Shown here in pieces: positions 11,843-25,165 of a stretch of DNA of 64,000 nucleotides. Each line of letters starts with the position of its first letter. Within the stretch, counting starts at the first letter, position 1. The notes beneath the pieces were generated by a model. The model was not told the DNA's origin. It saw only the letters and a list, made by a program, of their open reading frames with translations, and did not search any database. The position numbers were made by a program, and so were the translations under genes. Source of the DNA: Malacoraja senta (Eukaryota); the NCBI GenBank assembly GCA_038087875.1, contig CM075988.1, positions 7,814,001-7,878,000 on the forward strand, given 5' to 3'.

Positions 11843-12501
11843 CAGGGGCGGAAAACCCGGGGGGGCCAGAGGGGTCCCCCCCCCCCCCATGTTTTGAGAG
11901 GTGGGGGACATCCCCCCAAGTTTTTGTGATCCGAATTAAAAAAAATCTCCGCTTTCCGCGAGGCAGTGGGGGTGGGACTGCTGATCGAGGGCGCGATGAT
12001 TGGAGGAGGGAGGAGTGGGGGGGGGGCGGGGTGGGACTGAGGATAGAGTGCGGTGATTGGAGGAGGGAAACGTGGCACAGACCTGCGCCTCATCCGCAGG
12101 CAGGATCGATCCTGGCCGGCTCTCCGGCGCTGTCCCGAGTGCCCCCCCCCCCCGAGGGTGGCCAGAGAGGTCGGGAGTCAGACACGAGCTGTACCCCCAG
12201 GCCCACAGCCAGCGCAGAGAAACAGCACTAAACCCAGCTCAACTCAGCCTGTCCCGCCAGGTGAACCTTCCTGGACTTGCAGGAAATATGGGCAGCGCAG
12301 AGAAGCAACGCTAGTGTCCCGTCAGTCCAGCCAGGGCTGTAGTTAACCCGGTGAGACAGGCAGAGTTGAGCTGCATTTAGCGCTGGATTGAGCCTCCGAA
12401 GCCTCGCGCGCGCGTGTGTGTGAGTGTGCGCATGCGTGCGCGGCCGCCAACAAATTGTGTCCCCCGTCCCCTCCATGTTTTGATAGCGAGTTCCGCCCTT
12501 G
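11843..12501. mobile_element. hAT-type MITE, same termini family as 10006-10448
   Basis: Perfect 8-bp TSD gctgcacc (11835-11842, 12502-12509); TIRs CAGGGGCGGAA / TTCCGCCCTTG. Confidence 0.9.
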
Positions 12502-15500
12502 GCTGCACCCGCTGAGTTTCTCCAGTATTTTTGTCTACCCGATTGTGTTACACACACGCTTGTCTTCAAAGTAAAGTGATATCCAAATCATGCTAATTTC
12601 CTTCTTTCTAACCAACCCAGAGGCACTGAAGCCAATTATAACATCGATCTGTGGAAAAGTTGGCCCATTTTGTTGGTATTTAGTTTAGTCTTAGTTTAGT
12701 TTAAGGGCGGCATGGTGGCGCAGCGTTAGAGTTGCTGCCTTACAGCGGTTGCAGGGCCGGAGATCCGGGTATGATCCTGACTATGGGTGCAGTCTGTACA
12801 GAGTTTGTACATTCTCCCCGTCCCTCCTTATGTCCAGACCATATCTTTATATATCTCCTCTGCACGTTCTCTGCTGCTAGATACGGGAGATGATTTGATG
12901 CAAGTGTAATCTTGTTTAGTTCAAAGTGCCTAAAGTTGCACCAACCAGCTCCAGTTCAAAAAGGTATGATTATCTACTTGGGAAGGAGGCAGTGAGAAAG
13001 AGATTAGAAAGATTAGAAAACATCTGAAGCTGAATAATGATAAATTCCTTCTATTATACAAAGATGCCAATTTACTCTCAAATATTTTTCTCCCAAACCG
13101 GCAATTAAAGTGAGGGTCTGTATCCAGCTTAGATACCACACCTTCATTGTTTATTCCCAGAAATATTCCTCAGTTCTCAGTAAGATATGAGTTGAGACAA
13201 TAAGCAACGTTATAAACTGGATACTTTCAAGAGAGAGCTAGATAGGGCTCTTGAAGATAGCGGAGTCAGGGGATATGGGGAGAAGGCAGGAACGGGGTAC
13301 TGATTGGGGATGATCAGCCATGATCACATTGAATGGCGGTGGTGGCTTGAAGGGCCGAATGGCCTACTCCTGCACCTATAGTCTATTGTCTATTGTTACT
13401 GACAACTGTGGCATTGTGAGATTCGGCCCAGATGTGCGCTAAAACAGTGGTGACCAAAGACAGCCATTTGAATCACACAGAAGCTATTACAATGTTTGAT
13501 GATCGAGCCTCCATGCTTTCATAAGTGGTAGTTGCCTTGTATTTTGGTCTACCTATCAAAACACATGATCCACCAGATTAAAATGGGGGCAGAGTAACAA
13601 AATCTTCTGCCACTTTTGTGTTCACTTCTCACACTTTGTTTCTGACTACATAGGTGACGACTGAATGCGGAAGTGGCAGGAAACTAACTCTCATTAAGTT
13701 AAATATATTGAATTTTCTTGAGAATCTCCACACGTAAGTTGTGGTGTCTGTCAAAGGAGGAGCTATCTTTGCCCATTGTGCCAATTGAATTGAATGATAC
13801 AGCATGGAAACAGGCCCCATCGGCCCACTAAGTCCTCACCGACTATTGATCACCCATTCACACTAGTTCTATGTCACCCCATTTTCTCATCCGCTTAGAC
13901 AGACAATAGGTGCAGGAGTAGGCCATACGGCCCTTCAAGCCAGCACCGCCATTCAATGTGATCATGGCTGATCATCCACAATCAGTGCCCCGTTCCTGCT
14001 TTCTCCCCATATCCCCTGACTCCGCTATCTTCAAGAGCCCTATCTAGCTTGAAAGTTTCCAGAGAACCGGCCTCCATCGCCCTCTGAGGCAGAGAATTCC
14101 ACAGACTCACAACTCTCTGTGTGAAAAAACTTCTTGCACACTAGGGTCGATTTTACACAGTTCAATCAACCTACAAACCCGCAGATCTTTAGAATGTGGG
14201 AATAAAACAGAGCACCCAGAGAAAATCCACGCAGTCACAGGGAGAACGTGCAAACTCCATACAGGCAGCACCTGAGGTCAGGATCAAGCTCAGGTATCTG
14301 GCAAATTTCTAGGCTGTCTGAGGGGAAAAGAAACAAAGGCATGGTGGTGTTGTCACAGTGAGAAGAGGAAGGGTGTGAGAATTTCATTGTCCTATCAGGG
14401 ACACATGACAATAAACGCTCTTGAACTCTTGAACTCTTGATCCATATTGCAGGGTGAACCTGCAAAAGTCCCCACTCAGACAGCACCCGAAGGTAAGATC
14501 AAATCAGGGTCTCTGGAGTTGAGAGACAGCAGCTCCACCAGCTGCGCCACTGTGCAACACAATAGTTTCCATTCCCCTGCTCCTTCTAATAGCACTGGAC
14601 GCTATGTCTTTTCAGGTATTTCCCTTAGTAAGTTGCTATTGGATCTGCCTCCGCCATGCCTTCAGGCAGCACATTCCACATTATCACTCGCTGCAAAAGT
14701 ATTTTAGCTCATTTCCCCTTGGGTTCACTGTGTTTTTACTATTAAGCCTAAGATGCCAACATTGTTTAGTGGGAATGAAGAAGATCATATCTGAATCAAT
14801 ACCAGGCACACCTAAAAATGAGATGCCAATCTGGAGAACCTGCACCACAGGATGTGCTCAACTGCAGAGGATGTATGAACGAATAATCCCCAAGTTAGTT
14901 TGTTGGACCTTGCCTGCAAGTTGATTGCTGTGCTTGCCTGAAGGAAATCTCCATTGGCTGTGTGTAGAGGGTTAGAAATTCCTGAGGAAATGAAAGCCTC
15001 ACACAAGTGGTTTCCAAGATTTTCCGTTTCCAGACTCTGCAAACTCCCAGTGAGGCTGCAGTCTGTGCGTATGTCAAGGCTTTGGCAGTCTCACTGACAT
15101 CTTCAAGGAGATCCTTGATCTCCAGTCACCATTGCACAGCTGGGGAAATGGATGCAACTGGTTATGGAAATGTTCAGGGTAGATTTCAGAGTTATTCATG
15201 TTTAGAGCAGTGTCTCAGGGAAAATAGACTTCGGTGTCTCACTAAAATGCTGTGTGGCGTTTCAGTCGAACAGTGAGTTACCAAAAGCAAATTGACCTTT
15301 GAATCTTTGCGATGTTTGAGAAGTGCAGAACATCGAATGGTTATAGAACATTAATTTGTTCTATATTTCTCTACTTCACCTTCTATATCTCTTCTTTCCC
15401 TTTCCCCTGACTTTAGTCTGAAGAAGGGTCTCGACCCGAAACGACACCCATTTCTTCTCTCCAGAGATGCTGCCTGTCAGCATTTTGTGTCTATCTTCAG

Positions 15501-15944
15501 TTTAGACCCACATCTGCAGTTACTTCCTACACATCAAATGGTGCATCCACAAGAGGCCAGTGGTTGAAATTATATCCTTCTGGTTTAATATGTTTCTTGT
15601 TTGTTACAAAATTTGTATTAGGTTCACATTTGAAGATGCCAAACCATTAACTTTTTTCTCTGATTTTATTCTATGCACCTCCCCACTAAGTGATGAGATT
15701 CGGCTCATTATTGCCTTTTCTTAAAATTAAGGCCTGGGGCTGATAGAAAATATTATGAAAATAAAATGACTCACACTTGTAACCCCAGCAGTCATCCTGA
15801 TGTTACTTGAACCTTTCACGTTAATTTTTGCCTATCATCTAATCCTTTAATCTTTAACATATTTGTTATGTGTCTGTCTTTTATTCTTCAACTCTCTTTA
15901 TACTCTTTCCCCTCATGTTTCTTAACCACCGTGGCCTCCACCAC

Positions 15945-15946
<2 letters not shown>

Positions 15947-16000
<54 letters not shown>

Positions 16001-16123
16001 CTGTCTCTCGCTCTGTCTCTCGCTCTCTCTCTCGCTCTCTCTCTCGCTCTGTCTCTCGCTCTCTCTCTCACTCTCTCTCTCTCTCTCTCTCTCGCTCTGT
16101 CTCTCTCTCTCTCTCTCGCTCTG

Positions 16124-16155
<32 letters not shown>

Positions 16156-16291
16156 GCTCTCTCTCTCGCTCTGTCTCTCACTCTCTCTCACTCGCTCTCT
16201 CGCTCTGTCTCTCGCTCTCTCTCACTCGCTCTCTCGCTCTGTCTCTCGCTCTGTCTCTCGCTCTGTCTCTGGCTCTGTCTCTGTCTCTCTC
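15947..16291. repeat. (CT)n microsatellite with CTCGCT/CTGTCT variants
   Basis: Directly visible. Confidence 0.95.
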
Positions 16292-17790
16292 TGGGAGGGT
16301 GGAAGTGCAGGGTAATGCGAGAGTACAGACGGGTAAACAATAAAAGTAGCAGCGCTGGTTTATAAGGCCACTGAAAGCAAACCAAACACCACTGTCTACC
16401 TCCCTCAGTGAGATTAAGCACCATTTGTCAAGACTCTGCTTCGCTGCAGTGGCACCAAAAGCAAATCAAACTCTATGTGGCTCATTTTAGAGGAGTAGAA
16501 TTGCAAAGCATTAAAGTGCATTATAATGTTCACAGTTTCAAAAAGCATGAGGAGAAAAGATTGAAAAGGTATGTAGACAGTGTTACGTGAGCAATGCCCT
16601 ACATACTATGAATTAAGTGAATTGCAGAATCATTATGACACAGAAGGAAGCAATTTGCCCATTGAGTTTGTTATACGTTTTTGTAAAATGATCTGGTCAG
16701 TCTAATTCCATTTTAGGCCTAGGTTTCAAGGTTTCAAGGTCAGTTTATTGTCACATGTACCAATGGAAGGTCCAGTGAAATTCAAATTACCTATGTTACT
16801 TTCCCTCACGTGTCTATCCAATTCTCTTTTGGAAACCTGTTTTTTCACTCACTTTCAACTGTCAGATGTTTGCCCTCTTTAAATAATAGATTTTTTTCCC
16901 ATTGTCCCCTGTCTGTTTCCATGCACAGGCTTGCGTTTCTAGGTCCTTTGAACTATCCGCTAATTGTTTATCTGCCTATTCTATTTAAAAACGCCGTTAT
17001 AACTGTGCATTTGTATAGTGTCTTTGCATTGAAGTTTGTCCAACCATTAAATATGTTCATGGCCAAACTTCAGGTCGCCAAACTTTAGTTTAGTTTAGTT
17101 TAGAGATACAGCGTGGAAACAGGCCCTTCGGCCCACTGAGTCCTCCAATGATCCCTTCACATTAACACTACCCTACACACACTAAGGACAATTTACATTT
17201 ATACCAAGCCAATTAACCGACAAACCTGTACATCTTTGGGGTGTGGGAGGAAACCAAAGATCTCGGAGAAAACCCACGCAGGTCACGGGGAGAATGTACG
17301 AGCTCCGTACAGGCAGCACCCGTAGTCTTTCAAATCTTTATGAACATACTCTTTTAATACCACCTGTGGTCTAGCCCCCATAGCCCGTGTCCCCTTGATT
17401 GATGCTCACCCACTGGTGGAAACGTCACAACATGTATCTTATCGTTCTGTCTTAGGATCTCATGTTTCAAACAGATCACCATCATTCTTCTAAACTCCAA
17501 AGAATACAGATCTAACTTTCAGTCATCTGTTGCAGGAAATCCTCTCATCTCGGGGATTAACGCTGTGAATCTCTTCTGGACTGCCTACAATGCACTATCT
17601 TTTCTTAAGTAAGAGGAGGAAAATTGCATGGTTTACCATGTGCTGCCTAGCCGACATGTAATCGATATATCAATCAGTCAAACATCAAGATTTGCCTTCA
17701 ATAACCTTCCCTGGACATCCCTTTTCATTTTGCTCCGATTTACTAAATTTAAATGTTTTCCCATAATCAACGTTTAACAACCAACTTGTA

Positions 17791-18119
17791 CTTCTCTAAC
17801 TTCAAGTAATCCTTGCTTCCCCTCTCCCTCCGTCCCTCCCCCACCCTAGTTCTCCGACTAGTTTCACTGTCCTCCTGATTCATTTTACTGTTTGTAAACC
17901 CCGTTGTCACCTTCCCCTCAGCCGACAATGAACCATTGTCCATTTCCTTGATCAACGTCTGCTTTGATCTGTCGTTTTCACACCTTACCCTTCCATATCT
18001 CCACTTTCCTCTCCCCCCTGACTCTCAGTCTGAAGAAGGAGCTCAACCCGAAACTTCACCCATTCCTTCTCTCCAGAGATTCTGCCTGCCCCGCTGAGTT
18101 ACACCAGCATTTTGTGTCT
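17791..18119 (+). mobile_element. 5'-truncated Penelope-like insertion
   Basis: Starts with the FSNFK* codons, same 3' UTR as 2441-2735, ends in the terminal repeat; flanked by direct repeat aacttgta (17783-17790, 18120-18127). Confidence 0.8.
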
Positions 18120-19044
18120 AACTTGTATCTGGCCCCTGAATTGAACAGTGGTGTCACATTTGCCACATTCCACTACACTGGCACCTCCCCCTGCATTGAA
18201 GATTGCGGCTGGCCCTTCTGCAAACCCCACGTTCACTCTAAAAATAATTGCATTCCATATACCCCAGGAAACGTCACTTTAAACATTATCAGAATTTCTA
18301 GAATCTCCAATTCTGCAGTTTCCTCCCTGTTCATTATCTCTATTGACTTCGCAGTGACTGAGGTTTCAAGAGCATCCTCTTCCTTGCTAACAACTCAGCC
18401 AATGATATGAAATACAATGTATGTTAGCCTTTTGTCTCAATATATAAATAGCCTTCAAGGTGTATTCTTCCTAGATAACTGCAATCATCTTTGGGTTCCC
18501 ATTTATGTTTCCAATCTCATATTATTTTTTTGTTTGCTTTAATTTCCTTGTCACGTTCCCTTTCGGCTTAATAAATCCAGTGTAGTTCTCACTTGTATTA
18601 TTCAGTGGTGAATATTTACTTGAGTGGGTACAGTTATAATAGATCATTATTTATCCGTAATATACAGATAACCCATGCATATCTAATCTGACGTTGTTGA
18701 ATAAAGTGCACAGGAAAAACAGTACAGCAAATACATGCGAAATGTGCAGGTTTTCCAATATTATACACAGACAGCAATCAGTTAATTAAGTCGATTTTAT
18801 TCCGAAGCCCGTTGAGCATAGAATATGGAACAGCACAGCCCAAGGACAGGCCCTTCGGCCCACCAAGTCTGTGTCAAATATGATGCCAAGATCATCACTT
18901 ATCTACCTGCACATAACCTGCATCTGTCCAATCCCTGCATGTCTAGATGCCTTTCCAAACGTGGTTGAAATGCCACTATCTGCTTCATCCATGCACTAAT
19001 AACCCTCTACTTAAAAAAACGACATAGAACAGGTCATTCAACCC

Positions 19045-19405
19045 AAGTCAAGAGTGTTTTATTGTCATATGTCCCGGACGGGACAATGAAATTCATACTT
19101 GCTGCAGCACAACAGAATATGTGAATATGTAAACATAGTTCATAACGGGCGAAGAGAAAAAAAAAAGTTCAATAAATATCAAATATAGTGCAATAATAAT
19201 ATAGTCTTTTGCAGTTCAGAGCTCAGAGCTTATTTGTTGTTGTGTTTAATAGCCTGCTGGCTGTAGGGAAGAAGCTGTTCCTGAACCTGGACGTTACAGT
19301 TCTCAGGCTCCTGTACCTTCTTCCTGATGGCAGTGGTGAAATGAGTGTGTGGCCAGGATGGTGTGGGTCCTTGATGATTTTGGCTGCCATTTTGAGGCAG
19401 CGACC
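19045..19405 (-). mobile_element. Rex/L2-like LINE 3' fragment
   Basis: AAKIIKDPHHPGHTLISPLPSGRRYRSLRTVTSRFRNSFFPTASRLLN, a typical non-LTR ORF2 C-terminus. Confidence 0.75.
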
Positions 19406-20094
19406 ACGTGTCCATTCGGCCAATTTGCCACTATATTAATCCCATTTACCAGCATTTTGTCCTTGGCCTTCTATGCTTTGGCAGGTTGAGTGCTGACTAA
19501 ATCTTTCCCAAATGTTACAGATTACGCCTCCGCCACCCAATTCCAAGTTCTTACTGCAAACCATTGGAATGCTTTTTTATTGTATTGTGTGTGGGTGTGT
19601 GTGTTCATACGTGTGTGAGTGCGTGGAGGCACAGAGGTATGTACATCACAGTCTCTCCACTGAATCATGCTACAATTAGAACGGTGATGGAACACTGGAA
19701 GATCATCCTGGCTTAATTGCTGGAAACTGACTGCATTTAACGTTTGCCCTGACATTTCTGCAGCACTTCACCACATTGATGGCATATTCCATAGTTTATT
19801 GCAGGTAGTGACTTGTTGAAGTCGTGCGCATACAATTAAGTGAATGGAAGACCAGTTAATATATTTTATAGGTAATGGTCAGGGGGGAAATGTTGACCAT
19901 AAAATTGGGCAAATGTTCTTCTCTTCAAACTATGTTGTAGGTTATTTTGGAATTATCTAGAAATGAAGATGGTATATAGGGTCTCAAGTGATATGTCACC
20001 TGTCTGTATGTATGTATTGCACCAGCGATGTTGCAATTATACAACTTCATAGACTGTGTGTGTGTCAGAGGTTTTTAAAATAAGATTACACCTA

Positions 20095-20413
20095 AGGGCC
20101 TGCCCCACTTACGCGATTTTTTTCGGCGACCACCATAGTTGCAGCAGGTCGCCGAAATTTTCAACATGTTGAAAATCCAGGAAAAGGTACGATTCTTTGG
20201 GCGACTACTCACGACCATACAGGCGTCACCCCGCCAAATGTCGCCTGTATGGTCGTGGTTACGCCTGTTTGGTCGTGAGTAGTTGCCCAAAGAGTCGTAC
20301 CTTTTTCTGGTCGCCGCTGGATTTTCAACATGTTGAAAATTTTCGGCGACCTGCTGCGACTATGGCGGGTGCCGGCAAGTCGCTGAAAAAATTGCGTAAG
20401 TGGGACAGGCCCT
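20095..20413. mobile_element. PIF/Harbinger-type MITE, internally palindromic
   Basis: Same TIR family; internal TTTTCAACATGTTGAAAA palindrome occurs twice. Confidence 0.75.
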
Positions 20414-23400
20414 GTAAAATACAAAGCCAAGTTGACTATTATATTATCCCAAAAGTGATATTATTGCACATCTATTCATTGGTCGGAGTAATATGGATTT
20501 TGAGAGGATAACATGTGGCTGAATTTGATTTTTTCTAGGCAAGGCAGTGGTGCTTTGAATAATGGAGATCTTCTGATCCACATTAGCTCAGTTGAAAACT
20601 ATTTTTGCAGTTGAAAATTATTTTTCAACCAAGTATTCATTCAGATGAATTTTACAGCTGTTTTGGTTGTATTCACACTTCTCAGAAGAATTGGCCATTC
20701 TAAACTGGGGTAGCAAAAGGTAACAACAGTCCCAAGTGAATTAGTAATTTGGAAAATGGAAGGAAATAAATGGAAGAAGCGGCAGTGGAATAATAATAAG
20801 AAAGCCTGATTCTGCGGCAAGCACACACTCTGTTCCATATAATGGACACACAGAATGTTTCCTGGTCTCGAGATATTTATCCAATTTAGGTCCCGATTGA
20901 GAAGGGGATTTAATTTGCAAGGCATGGTGGCGCATTGGTTTAGTTGCTGCCTCACAGCGCTAGAGACCCGGGATTGATCCTGACTACGCGTGCTGTCTGT
21001 ATAGAGTTTGTACGTTCTCACCATGACCGCAAAGGTTTTCGCCGGGTGCTCCGGTTTCCTCCCACACTCCAAGGGACATACAGATTTGTAGGTTAATTGG
21101 CTTCGGTAAAAATTATAATTAGTCCCGAATGTTTAGGATAATGCGAGGGATCACTGGTCTCCAAACTAAACTGAACTAAACAATGTTTAATAAATTGTAC
21201 TCTCCTGAAGATGCCTCTTATGTTGAGACATGTTCAACAACTGTTCTGTGTGTGAGGTGGGATGAGTGAGGCTGGAGATATCACATTGAACATTTATGGG
21301 AGCTTTTAATCCGCCCAATCCTCCCAAGAGTTTTGACCTATACCTGCAATCTAGGTCCAACAGCCGCACTCACATTAATAGTCAGTGCTTTTGGATACCT
21401 GTTGGTGAGCTACTTACCAATTTAAGGTTTCCGTTGGCCAAATATGCATCCTCCTCAATATCCATTCAGTATTCTACTCCTGTCTATTGACTGACAGCCA
21501 GCAGCCCTGAAACTGCTTGGTTTCTCCACGGATATGAATTCCAAAAGGTTAAAAAAAATAAACAAATGCCACAATTAAATGAAGCAGAATTTCCAGTAAC
21601 GATAGACACAAATTGCTGGAGTAACTCAGTGGGACAGGCAGCATCTCTGTAGTGAAGGGATGGGTGAAGTTTTGGGTCGAGACCCTACTTCAGTAAGTTT
21701 GCCCTTCTGGGGTCTCTTGTTATGTCATCCCTTTCACCATGTTCCCTTTCTGCCTTGCAGTTATTAGGGTTGGAATTATAGCAGGAAAGATCACCAAGCA
21801 ACTCCCTTTCCACTTGTCCTGCAACACTGTGTGGCATTTAGTTTAGTTTAGTTTAGAGATAGAGCATGGAAATAGACCATTTGGACCACCAACTCCACGC
21901 CAATCTCCAGTTCACACTAGTTCAATGCTATCCCGCTTTTTCATCCACTCCCTACACACTAGGGGCAATTTACAGAGGGCCAATTAACCTACAAACCCAC
22001 AAGTCTGGGATGTGGGTGGAAACTGGAGCACCCAGAGGAAACCCACGCTGTCACAGGGAAAACATGTAAACTCCACACAGACAGCACCCAGAGGTCAGGA
22101 TCAAACCTGTGTCTCTATCAGCTGCGTCACTGTGCTGCCACTTAAATGTAACATCACCACTGGCTCAAGATATTAAACTCAGATCAGGGATGGAAGGCGG
22201 ATCCATGCACTCTATAGTTCCCTATTCATAGTGTTCAAGTTCAAAGCTTCTCATTGTTTCTCAGTACACGTGACAATAAACTAAACTAAACACTTCAGTC
22301 TTCGATAGAGCTGTACTCATTAATTTTTAATTAACATAGATGAATCTAGATTGACAACAAGGTTTTTGTTATCAATTATGATGGCCTTCCAACAGGTTGG
22401 AAATTAAAATGCAGCATATTGCATCACTGTGGTGTGCCTGTCCTGACAAAACTAAATAGCTTTCCAGGAATTTTCCTCTGGCTCCAGATAATGCAGAAAC
22501 CAGGCCTGTGTCTCCTTATCGCCACGGTAACCGTCATGCCTCCACCGCTTCCAACAACCATTTTTTTCAGAACATTAGACTCTTGGTGTCTGAAAAGATT
22601 AAAATTCACTGTATGTACACAATTAGAAATAATGTTTTTAATGTACTCATAGTGCCATCTATGAGAGATCTAATATGTGATATTATTGTTGTGAGTGTGT
22701 GTGAGAAGCCTAGATATGTATGATTGTGTTTCATAGTTGCTGATGTTTAATTCACACAGATTATCGTTAGTTTATCTATTTGTGAAATTCAGACCCACCT
22801 CCCATGGAATATTCGCTAAAGCAAACTGAATCTTTTCCCATTTCCAGTTCCCAATGTCAGTATGAGGCACATTCAGGTCAGGGATAATACAGTTGTCTGT
22901 AGCATAATGTTCACACTCTTTCTCATCATTCCGCCTTATCCATAATCTCAGTGGAACACCAGGCATTGTTCTAAGATAATCCCAACTCATTTCACAAAGG
23001 ATCTGCAGGTAGGGCTGCTAACTCTGTTTGGATGCACTCCTAGAAGTTTCGGGACTCTACCTTCCACCTCCAAGCACCTCACCCTCACCATCAGTCACCT
23101 CTGCATCTGTACACAGTGGACGGCTCCATTGTAATCATGTATTGTCTTTCCGCCGACTGGTTAGCACGCAACTGAAACTTTTCACTGTACCTCGGGACAC
23201 GTGACAATAAACTAAACTAACTAACCTGACAACTCCATCTTAGCAGCGCATATACCAAATGGTAATGACGAAAACACAAAGATGCTGCAAATACCAAAAT
23301 GTCACCCCTATTCCTTTTCGCCAGAGATTTTAAAAACATTTCAAAATAGACTTTATTCAAGTTAAAAAAAAGAAAATGCAATACAGGAGATAGACACAAA

Positions 23401-24635
23401 ATGCTGGAGTAACTCAGTGGGACAGGCAGCATCTCTGGAAAGAAGGAACGGGTGATGTTTCGGGTCAAGACCCTTCTTCAGAAAGGAGAAATGGTTAACT
23501 TCTCTGGTCAAATACCCTCTCATGAGAACTAATTGTCCCCGTGAAGATAGTGATGAGTTGAGGACTTAAACCACTGCGGTCCTGCTGGTGAAGGTGCTCC
23601 AGTGTTATTAGGGAGGGAGTTCCAGCAGTAACGATGAAGGGATAGCTAAATGTTTCCAAATTTAGCTGGCTGTGGCTGCATTGTGTATACAAATCAATGA
23701 ATGTTTAGGATGGTGTATGGGCTATCATTGAGCAGGTAGTGTGAGCAAGGGACTAAAGATGGAAATTAGCTACTGGCTATAATCTTGCATATTTACATGT
23801 AAATATTTATTAATATGCATTGTCCCTGTTTAAAAAATAAATAAATAAACAATCAATGAGCCAAGGACAATGAATTCTACAAATTTAGGTGCTCTCTGAC
23901 TAACCTCCCTTCCCCGGTCTCCCACCCAGCCCTCCCCTCCCTCCCATGTGACCCTCCCCTGGACTCCCACATTTCTTCACTCCAACTGCCCCCCGCCACT
24001 CCCCCGCTATTTTCCTCACTCTGCCTTCACAATCTTCATTTCAAACCATCTCTTATTCCTTAGCCTTTGTTCCAGCCATCTATCTATTTAAAAAAAAACT
24101 CACCAATGTCAATCTATTCCTTGCCATGCTATTCCTATTGCAGCCTCTCTCCCCTTTTTCAGCTTTCTTCCCCTCCCCCACAATTAGTCTGAAGAAGGGT
24201 CTCGACTCGAAACGTCACCCATCCATGTTTTCCAGAGATGCTGCCTGACCCGCTGAGTTACTCCAGCACTTTGTGTCTTCCGGCCTGAGGAAAGATGTTG
24301 AGCTTCCTGAGAGTTGTAGGAGTTACACTCATACAATTAATCTAGACACTAAATTTGTGAATGAAATTGATACATTTGGGTAAAAATGACACAGAGTGCT
24401 GGAGTAACTCAGCAGGTCAGACAGCATCTCTGGAGAACATGGATGGCTGCTGTTTCAGGTTGGGACCATTCTCCTGACCTGAAACATCGCAAATCTATGT
24501 TCTCCAGAGATGCCGCCTGACTAGTTAAGTTACTCCAGCACTTTGTATGTTTTTTTATTGTAAATCAATATCTGCAGTTCCTTGTTTTGAATATGGGAAC
24601 TTTGGGTAGAAGGGTTAAAGTTTACAACTAGATGT

Positions 24636-24915
24636 CGGCACAGTGGTAGAGTTGCTGCCTTACAGCACCATATACACGGGTTCAATCCTGACTAAAGGTG
24701 CTGTCTGTATGGAGTTTGTATGTTCTCCCTGTGATCGTGTGGGTTTTCACCGGATGCTCCGGTTTCCTCCCACACTCTAAAGACGTACGGATTTTTGTAG
24801 GTTAATTGGCTTTGGTAAAAGTGTAAATTGTCCCTGGTGATTAGGATAGTGCCCAACACGCTGGTCGGAGTGGACTCGATGGGCCGAAGGGCCTGTTTCC
24901 GTGTGGTATCTCTGA
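24636..24915 (+). mobile_element. HE1-like SINE just upstream of the homeodomain exon
   Basis: Matches the consensus seen at 31987-32313. Confidence 0.85.
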
Positions 24916-25042
24916 ACACCTGTTGATGCAAAGCAGAAAGTGAATCAAATGCTATGCTGAATGACATCAATTCAGAAGCAAGTGGCATTTGTGACAGAAA
25001 TATTTCCTCATTAGAACCTTTGTGTTCTCTCCGTAAAACCAG

Positions 25043-25165
25043 GTGAATCTGGAGCTGACCTCTCTCCTACAGGATGGGGAAGACAAGAAGTCAAAGAGTA
25101 AACGCGGTGTGCTGCCCAAACACGCCACAAACATCATGCGCTCCTGGCTCTTCCAGCATCTTGTG
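25043..25165 (+). CDS. PKNOX2: PKNOX2 exon, start of TALE homeodomain ([41 protein letters not shown])
   Basis: ccag|gtg acceptor, gtg|gtgagt donor; 123 nt, phase 0-0. [20 protein letters not shown] is the PKNOX/MEIS-class helix 1. Confidence 0.97.

Noticed and set aside
10006..12501. CpG-island or internal promoter appearance
   Set aside because: The GC-rich patches coincide with TSD-bounded MITEs.
15868..16424. Ser/Leu and Arg/Glu-rich ORFs
   Set aside because: Translations of the (CT)n microsatellite.
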